A stretch of 11,013 nt of DNA from Gemmatimonadota bacterium (GTDB lineage Bacteria; Latescibacterota; UBA2968; UBA8231). Shown here one piece after another: positions 6,357 to 11,013 of the stretch. Position 1 is the stretch's first letter; each line of letters starts with the position of its first letter. The translations under genes were made by a program, and so were the position numbers. A model generated the notes under the pieces. It saw nothing but the letters and a program-made list of their open reading frames with translations. It was not told the DNA's origin and searched no databases. Where the stretch lies: assembly GCA_038153405.1 (NCBI GenBank), contig JAYOYH010000090.1, positions 1-11,013 of the forward strand, read 5' to 3'.

Positions 6357-7997
6357 TTGCCTGCTAATCCAAATACACTGACACCCGAACGATGCGAGCG
6401 GCTGTACCCTCTCGTGTTGGCCGTAGAGCGTAGCGGCGCGATATGTTATGTCAGCCAAAAGCTACAGGAGCGCGTGGGGAGCGAATGTTTAGGCGAGTCG
6501 TTTGATGCGTATTTTTCCATCAAAAGACCGCGCCTTGCCGCATCCATCGGGCAGGTCGATTTAGACAAACACATCAGAACACTCTTTCTTTTTACGGACC
6601 GACAGGAGCGCTTCGGCCTGCGTGGCCAGGTTGTCTCCGGCTTGTTTCAGCGCGCAGCCGATCACATTCCCGTACATATTTTCGTCGTCTCGCCGTGGCT
6701 GGCGTGGAACGAAGAAAACGTGCCAGACTACGCGGCCGACTTTACCGACTTCACCATTGCAGACCCGCAGATAGACCTGAGCCTGCAGCTAAAAGCTCAG
6801 GCCGTTTCGCTCGAGCAGCAGCGCAAACTAACCCAACAGCTGATCAAAGCGCGAGACGAAGCCCAAGAGGCAAACCACGCCAAATCGAAGTTTGTATCAC
6901 ACGTGACGCACGAGCTGCGGACACCGCTTAACGGTCTTATCGGTGCCCTTGATCTGCTGGGTGATCACCTAGATACGTCGGCCAGTCGAGAGCTGCACAA
7001 CGTGCTGCAGGACAGCGCAGACATACTGCTCAATACGGTCAACACCATCTTGGATTTCTCGCGCATCCAGAGCGGGGCGGCCACCTTGGAGCGGGCACCG
7101 TTCCGCATGAGAGAAGAGGTCCAAGGCGTCGTCCGCCTGCTGTCCGTGCAGGCCAGGGCCAAAGGCCTGAGCCTGCAGGTCGACATAGACGATCGGATCG
7201 ACGGCTTTTTTGAAGGCGATGTGGCTAAGATAAAGCAGTGTTTGATCAACCTGATTGGCAACGCAATAAAGTATTCCCAGCAGGGGAGGATTCGCGTCGG
7301 CCTGAGCGCAGAAGGCGTTGAGGAAAGCGAACAGAAGCTGCGCTTTTGCGTCGAGGACGAAGGGCCTGGAGTCTCCGAAGAAGATCGACCGTACCTGTTC
7401 GAAGAGTTCTGGGTTAAAAACCAGCAAGTCACTGGAGATGTGCGTTCTACCGGGCTGGGGCTCAGCATCACCAAGGGCATGGTCGAGCTCATGGATGGCC
7501 AAATAGGCATGCGCACGCCCGACTCGGGCGTGGGGTCGGAGTTTTGGTTCGAGTTAACCCTGCCGCGCGTCGCCGATGGCGAGGTGGAGGTGCGCGAGGA
7601 GAACGTGCCGCAAGACGCGCCGAGATTGCGATCTGCTAGGGTGCTGGTAGCGGACGACGTGCCGGTTAACCGCAAGATTGCGTCTATGATGCTGCACTCG
7701 TTCGGAATGAATGTAGACGAGGTCGATTCGGGTGAAGCGGCTCTGCGCGCCGTTGAATCGGAACAGTACGACCTCATCATAATTGACGTGCACATGCCCG
7801 GTATGGGCGGCCTTGCCGCGATTAAACACATGCACCAACAGCATAGTCATTGTCAGGGTCCCATTCTAGCCTGGTCGGCTAACGGCACCCCCGACGAGGT
7901 TAGAGAGTACCTGAACTGTGGCGCGCGCGATGCGCTGCAGAAACCGCTGCGTCGATCCCATCTAGTCGAAGTCGTTTCGCGTTACTTGTCCGCATAG
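6357..7997 (+). CDS. hybrid histidine kinase/response regulator with N-terminal H-NOBA (H-NOX-associated PAS) domain
   Basis: 546 aa; the TTG start is uncertain. The N-terminus follows the H-NOBA pattern: 'LYPLVLAV', 'FSIKRP', 'LRGQVV', 'IFVVSPWL', 'DFTIADPQIDL'. H-box THELRTPLNG, N-box NLIGNAIKYS, G1 DEGPGV, G2 STGLGL. REC has VADD, IIIDVHMPGMGG and QKP. Confidence 0.93.
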   Translation: MPANPNTLTPERCERLYPLVLAVERSGAICYVSQKLQERVGSECLGESFDAYFSIKRPRLAASIGQVDLDKHIRTLFLFTDRQERFGLRGQVVSGLFQRAADHIPVHIFVVSPWLAWNEENVPDYAADFTDFTIADPQIDLSLQLKAQAVSLEQQRKLTQQLIKARDEAQEANHAKSKFVSHVTHELRTPLNGLIGALDLLGDHLDTSASRELHNVLQDSADILLNTVNTILDFSRIQSGAATLERAPFRMREEVQGVVRLLSVQARAKGLSLQVDIDDRIDGFFEGDVAKIKQCLINLIGNAIKYSQQGRIRVGLSAEGVEESEQKLRFCVEDEGPGVSEEDRPYLFEEFWVKNQQVTGDVRSTGLGLSITKGMVELMDGQIGMRTPDSGVGSEFWFELTLPRVADGEVEVREENVPQDAPRLRSARVLVADDVPVNRKIASMMLHSFGMNVDEVDSGEAALRAVESEQYDLIIIDVHMPGMGGLAAIKHMHQQHSHCQGPILAWSANGTPDEVREYLNCGARDALQKPLRRSHLVEVVSRYLSA

Positions 7998-8102
7998 GCT
8001 ATCTTAGTACGCACAAAGCTATGATGCGTGCGTTGTCTACCGCCTGCACGGGCGTCTGGATTTGTACGTGCTTCACTGTGAACGAGCCGACCTACTCTAC
8101 TT

Positions 8103-9082
8103 ATGGGGTATTTTTCGCCTGTTGTTGCGTTGTTTATCGTTTTGTCATGCAGCGTTTCTGTGCGCGTTTCCTCTGCATCGCACGAAGACCAATCCCACGT
8201 ACGAGTTGAGGATCAAGCCGGTCTCGCACTGCAGGTTGGCGCGTTCGGTGAGACGTCTACAACGTGCGCACGGCTCAGAACCGCGTCGCCGGTCGCTACG
8301 AGGTCGGCCAGCTAGAACTAGGGCTTAGTGCCAGCGTAGACCCGCGCGTGGGCGTCGAAGCGGCTGTTGCGCGCGATGGAGATGCATTTGCTCTGGGTGT
8401 TTTTGCCGTCGACTTTCGCCTGATGAATGCGGAGGAATCCTTTTTTCAGGCGCCGCGTGCGATTGAATCGCTCGGCGTGATCGTCGGCCAATTTGACGTG
8501 CCCTTTGGCATCGACTGGCACGTATACCCATCGATTGATCGCCTGCTGGTTTCAGCGCCTCTGATCGTCGAGGAAACGCACGGTGGATGGAACGATTACG
8601 GCGTGCAGGGATACCTACAGGCGGGACGCCTAGATGCGGTGGCGTATTCGGTAAACGGAACGGCCGAATGGGCCGCGGGTGGTCGCGTTGGTCTGCGCGT
8701 TGGCGGAGGCGTTGAGGTGGGCCTTTCGCTGGCGGGTTTCTACGACAGTGAAGAGCAGCTCGACTCACAGCTGACGGGCGTGGATGCGCAATGGTCGCTA
8801 GGCTCTTTCGCAGCCAAGGGCGAGTACATACGCCACGTACCAGAAGAGACCAACGGCGCAGCGGACAACACGCGCGGTCTGTATGCACAGGGCACCTGGG
8901 ACGCCGGGCGCTATTTTGCGGTGGTGCGCTACGGAGATCTGCGGAGTGGCGCCGGCGATAGACAGCGCTTGAGCACGGGGTTGGGTTGGCGCCTGCTCGA
9001 AACCTGTCAGGTCCGTTTGGAATACCAGGCGGACACGGCGGCAGACGAAACGCTTATTTCGCAGCTAGTCGTTGAATTTTAG
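8103..9082 (+). pseudogene. frameshifted outer-membrane beta-barrel porin (OprO/P-like or related); split into ORFs 8103-8315 and 8252/8264-9082
   Basis: The upstream ORF carries a signal-peptide-like hydrophobic N-terminus. The downstream ORF lacks one but has amphipathic strands, 'VGQFDVPFG', 'WNDYGVQ' and the terminal-Phe signature 'QLVVEF'. Removing 2 nt at 8250-8251 joins them into a 325-aa protein. A sequencing or assembly error is possible. Confidence 0.75.
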
Positions 9083-9107
9083 AACGGCGCACAAAACGGC
9101 ATGCACG

Positions 9108-9141
9108 CGGAGCTCGGTTGTTGCCGGGCTCCGTTTCTTTT
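9108..9141 (+). terminator. Rho-independent terminator after the porin gene
   Basis: Stem CGGAGCTCGG / loop TTGTTG / CCGGGCTCCG (10 bp with one G-U pair), followed by TTTCTTTT, 25 nt after the stop codon. Confidence 0.8.
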
Positions 9142-9196
9142 AGCATACAGCAGTTCGGTAGCACGCACTAATTGCTATGGGGGTTTGACGAAGGCT

Positions 9197-10039
9197 ATGA
9201 ACGAGAACTGGCTTCAACACTGCGCGACCCAAGCCCAGCTAGACTTCTTTAACGAGCAGGGTTACTTGATCGTCGAAGAGGCCCTTTCGTCCGATCAGGT
9301 GCAAAGGATGACGGAGGCCATCGATCGCATCGACGCGGCCGAGCGCGCCGAGCGCGGCCTAGAGCCCCACCAGACGATGGCCAAATTCCGCACCATTGTA
9401 GAGGACGACCTCTTTTTGGATCTGCTCGACAACGAAAAAGTATTTCCGCTGGCGTGGGATATTCTCGGCTGGAACATACAGCACTACATTTCGCATCTGA
9501 TCGTCTATCCGCCGGAGCCAGAAGGAGCTGAGGTTAATCTGGGCGGTTGGCACCAGGACGGCGGCCGGCCGGTGCGCGAAATGGAGCGGCCGCATCCACG
9601 TCTGTCGTATAAAGTGAGCTATTGGTTCAGCGATACGCGCTCGCCCAACAGCGGAGCCATGCGCATTATTCCGGGTAGCCACCGCTTTGACGAGAAGCCT
9701 CCGCAAGAGGTGTTCGACCAGCCCCTGCACGTCGAAGTCGCCCCGGGCACCGCCGTGCTCTTTGACCGCCGCCTGTGGCACGCGCGCGGCTTGAACACGT
9801 CCGAGGCCACGCGCAAAGTGATTTTCATCGGCTACAGCTATCGCTGGCTGCGCGGATTGGACTACAACAATTTCCCCGAAGAGGTCTTGGCCAAGTGCGA
9901 CCCGATCCGTCGCCAGCTCATGGGCGACGGCGTCGACGTGAAGGGCTGGTGGCAGCCAACGGACGCCGACGTGCCGCTCAAGACGTGGATCGAGGCGCAT
10001 CGCGGCAAAGAACACCTGGTCGATATCTCGGGTCTATAA
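9197..10039 (+). CDS. PhyH-family Fe(II)/2-oxoglutarate dioxygenase
   Basis: ATG 9197 is preferred because the ORF-track start 9101 runs through the terminator. Motifs: 'QLDFFNEQGYLIVEEAL', 'GGWHQD' (H-x-D), 'SGAMRIIPGSH', 'PGTAVLFDRRLWHARGLN' (distal His), 'TRKVIFIGY'. Confidence 0.93.
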   Translation: MNENWLQHCATQAQLDFFNEQGYLIVEEALSSDQVQRMTEAIDRIDAAERAERGLEPHQTMAKFRTIVEDDLFLDLLDNEKVFPLAWDILGWNIQHYISHLIVYPPEPEGAEVNLGGWHQDGGRPVREMERPHPRLSYKVSYWFSDTRSPNSGAMRIIPGSHRFDEKPPQEVFDQPLHVEVAPGTAVLFDRRLWHARGLNTSEATRKVIFIGYSYRWLRGLDYNNFPEEVLAKCDPIRRQLMGDGVDVKGWWQPTDADVPLKTWIEAHRGKEHLVDISGL

Positions 10040-10069
10040 CCTCTTCTGTCTACGGACGAGAAAGCAAAT

Positions 10070-11013
10070 ATGAGCGAGCAAAAACTGAGAGTGGGCTTTT
10101 ACGGCTGCGGCCACTTTGCCCAGAGCACGCGTATCCCCAACGTGCTGGCGGCTGGGGGAGAGGTCGTTGCCCTGAGTGACGCCAGCGCCGAGGCCATGCA
10201 GGCCGCTGCCGCGCTGTGTCCCGGGGCGCGGTGCTACGCCGATGCGCACGACATGCTAGAGAGCGAGTCGCTCGATGCGCTCTACTCCATCGTGCCGGCC
10301 TTCGCGCGGACCGACGTCGAAATCATCGCCGCCGAGCGCGGCATACATCTCTTTAGCGAAAAGCCGCAGGTGCTCGACATGGCGCTGGGTTGGCGCATTG
10401 AAGGGGCCATTGCCAAAGCCGGCGTCGTATCGACGGTGGGCGTGCGCGAGCGCTACCGGCCGCTCTTTCAGGAGGCCAAAAAGTGGCTCGCGGACAAGCG
10501 CGTTGTGCACATGCGCTTTCAGAGTTTCGGCGGCCTACCGGGCAGCGCGCACGGCAGTTGGTGGGACGAGGTCGACAAGTCGGGGGGACGTGCGCTGGAC
10601 TGGGGCGTGCACGCGACGGACTACTTGCGCTTTATGACCGGTATGGAAGTGGTGCGGGCGCAGGCGTTTTATCACCAGCCCGAGCCCTATGTGCTGCCGC
10701 TGTCCTCGTCGCTGCACTACGCCTTTGACAGCGGTGCAACCGCTGTGCTGAGCTTTCTGTCATCGCGCGGAAAGACCGGGTCGCAGGGCATGCCAGGCGG
10801 CGAGCCGTGGTTTGTAATCTACTGCGAGGAGGGCATTCTCTCGCTGCACGGTTATGAGCGTATAGTCGCTGACGGCGAAGTCGTCTACGAGGCCGACGAT
10901 TACGATCCATGGCGCGAGCAAGATCGCACCTTTGTCGAAGCGGTGCGCGCAGGCGATGCTTCTCTTCTGATGAGCGACTATCGCGATGCGCTGTACTCGC
11001 TGGGGCCGGTGCT
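10070..11013 (+). CDS. Gfo/Idh/MocA-family NAD(P)-dependent oxidoreductase (3' partial)
   Basis: Manual translation: MSEQKLRVGFYGCGHFA (Rossmann GxGxxA), 'HLFSEKP' (EKP motif), 'SGGRALDWGVHATDYLRF' (D-xxx-H), 'QDRTFVEAVRAG'. The frame is open to the window end, which is why it is missing from the ORF track. Confidence 0.93.
   Translation, partial: MSEQKLRVGFYGCGHFAQSTRIPNVLAAGGEVVALSDASAEAMQAAAALCPGARCYADAHDMLESESLDALYSIVPAFARTDVEIIAAERGIHLFSEKPQVLDMALGWRIEGAIAKAGVVSTVGVRERYRPLFQEAKKWLADKRVVHMRFQSFGGLPGSAHGSWWDEVDKSGGRALDWGVHATDYLRFMTGMEVVRAQAFYHQPEPYVLPLSSSLHYAFDSGATAVLSFLSSRGKTGSQGMPGGEPWFVIYCEEGILSLHGYERIVADGEVVYEADDYDPWREQDRTFVEAVRAGDASLLMSDYRDALYSLGPV

Noticed and set aside
6965..7850. 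Long minus-strand ORFs (288, 177, 98 aa)
   Set aside because: Antisense shadows of kinase 2, as expected in GC-rich coding DNA.
8010..9095. 8-bp direct repeat CGCACAAA (8010-8017 and 9088-9095) flanking the porin gene, as a target-site duplication
   Set aside because: Short enough to arise by chance; no transposase, integrase or terminal inverted repeats.
9101..9196. 32-aa N-terminal extension of PhyH3 in the ORF track
   Set aside because: It runs through the terminator hairpin and U-tract; the PhyH-like sequence begins at Met 9197.
105..10039. Possibility that one PhyH is a halogenase or an inactive variant
   Set aside because: All three keep the Asp of H-x-D (HLD, HQD, HQD) and the distal His; halogenases have Ala/Gly there.
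10256..10910. Assorted short ORFs listed at the right end
   Set aside because: All overlap the Gfo/Idh/MocA reading frame starting at 10070, which explains the region.

Overview
GC-rich bacterial window. Three Fe(II)/2-oxoglutarate dioxygenases of the PhyH type (105-935, 938-1798, 9197-10039) and a 3'-truncated Gfo/Idh/MocA oxidoreductase (10070->11013, absent from the ORF track) flank a ~7.2 kb signalling block. The block holds two divergently oriented H-NOX (heme NO/O2-binding) + hybrid histidine kinase pairs from two visibly different H-NOX subtypes, with a TMEM43/LUMA-family membrane protein gene between them. Pair 1 (minus strand) is a proteobacterial-type H-NOX plus a soluble kinase with no sensor domain, whose N-terminal 41-aa helix is tandemly duplicated. 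Pair 2 (plus strand) is an sGC/cyanobacterial-like H-NOX plus a kinase carrying an H-NOBA/PAS domain, so it resembles a split soluble guanylate cyclase with HK-REC output. Downstream is an outer-membrane beta-barrel gene broken by a frameshift near 8250. No RNA genes, CRISPR arrays or mobile-element genes were seen. The PhyH + Gfo/Idh/MocA richness recalls Latescibacterota/Poribacteria-type genomes (inference only). All family calls come from reading motifs by eye; no database searches were run.
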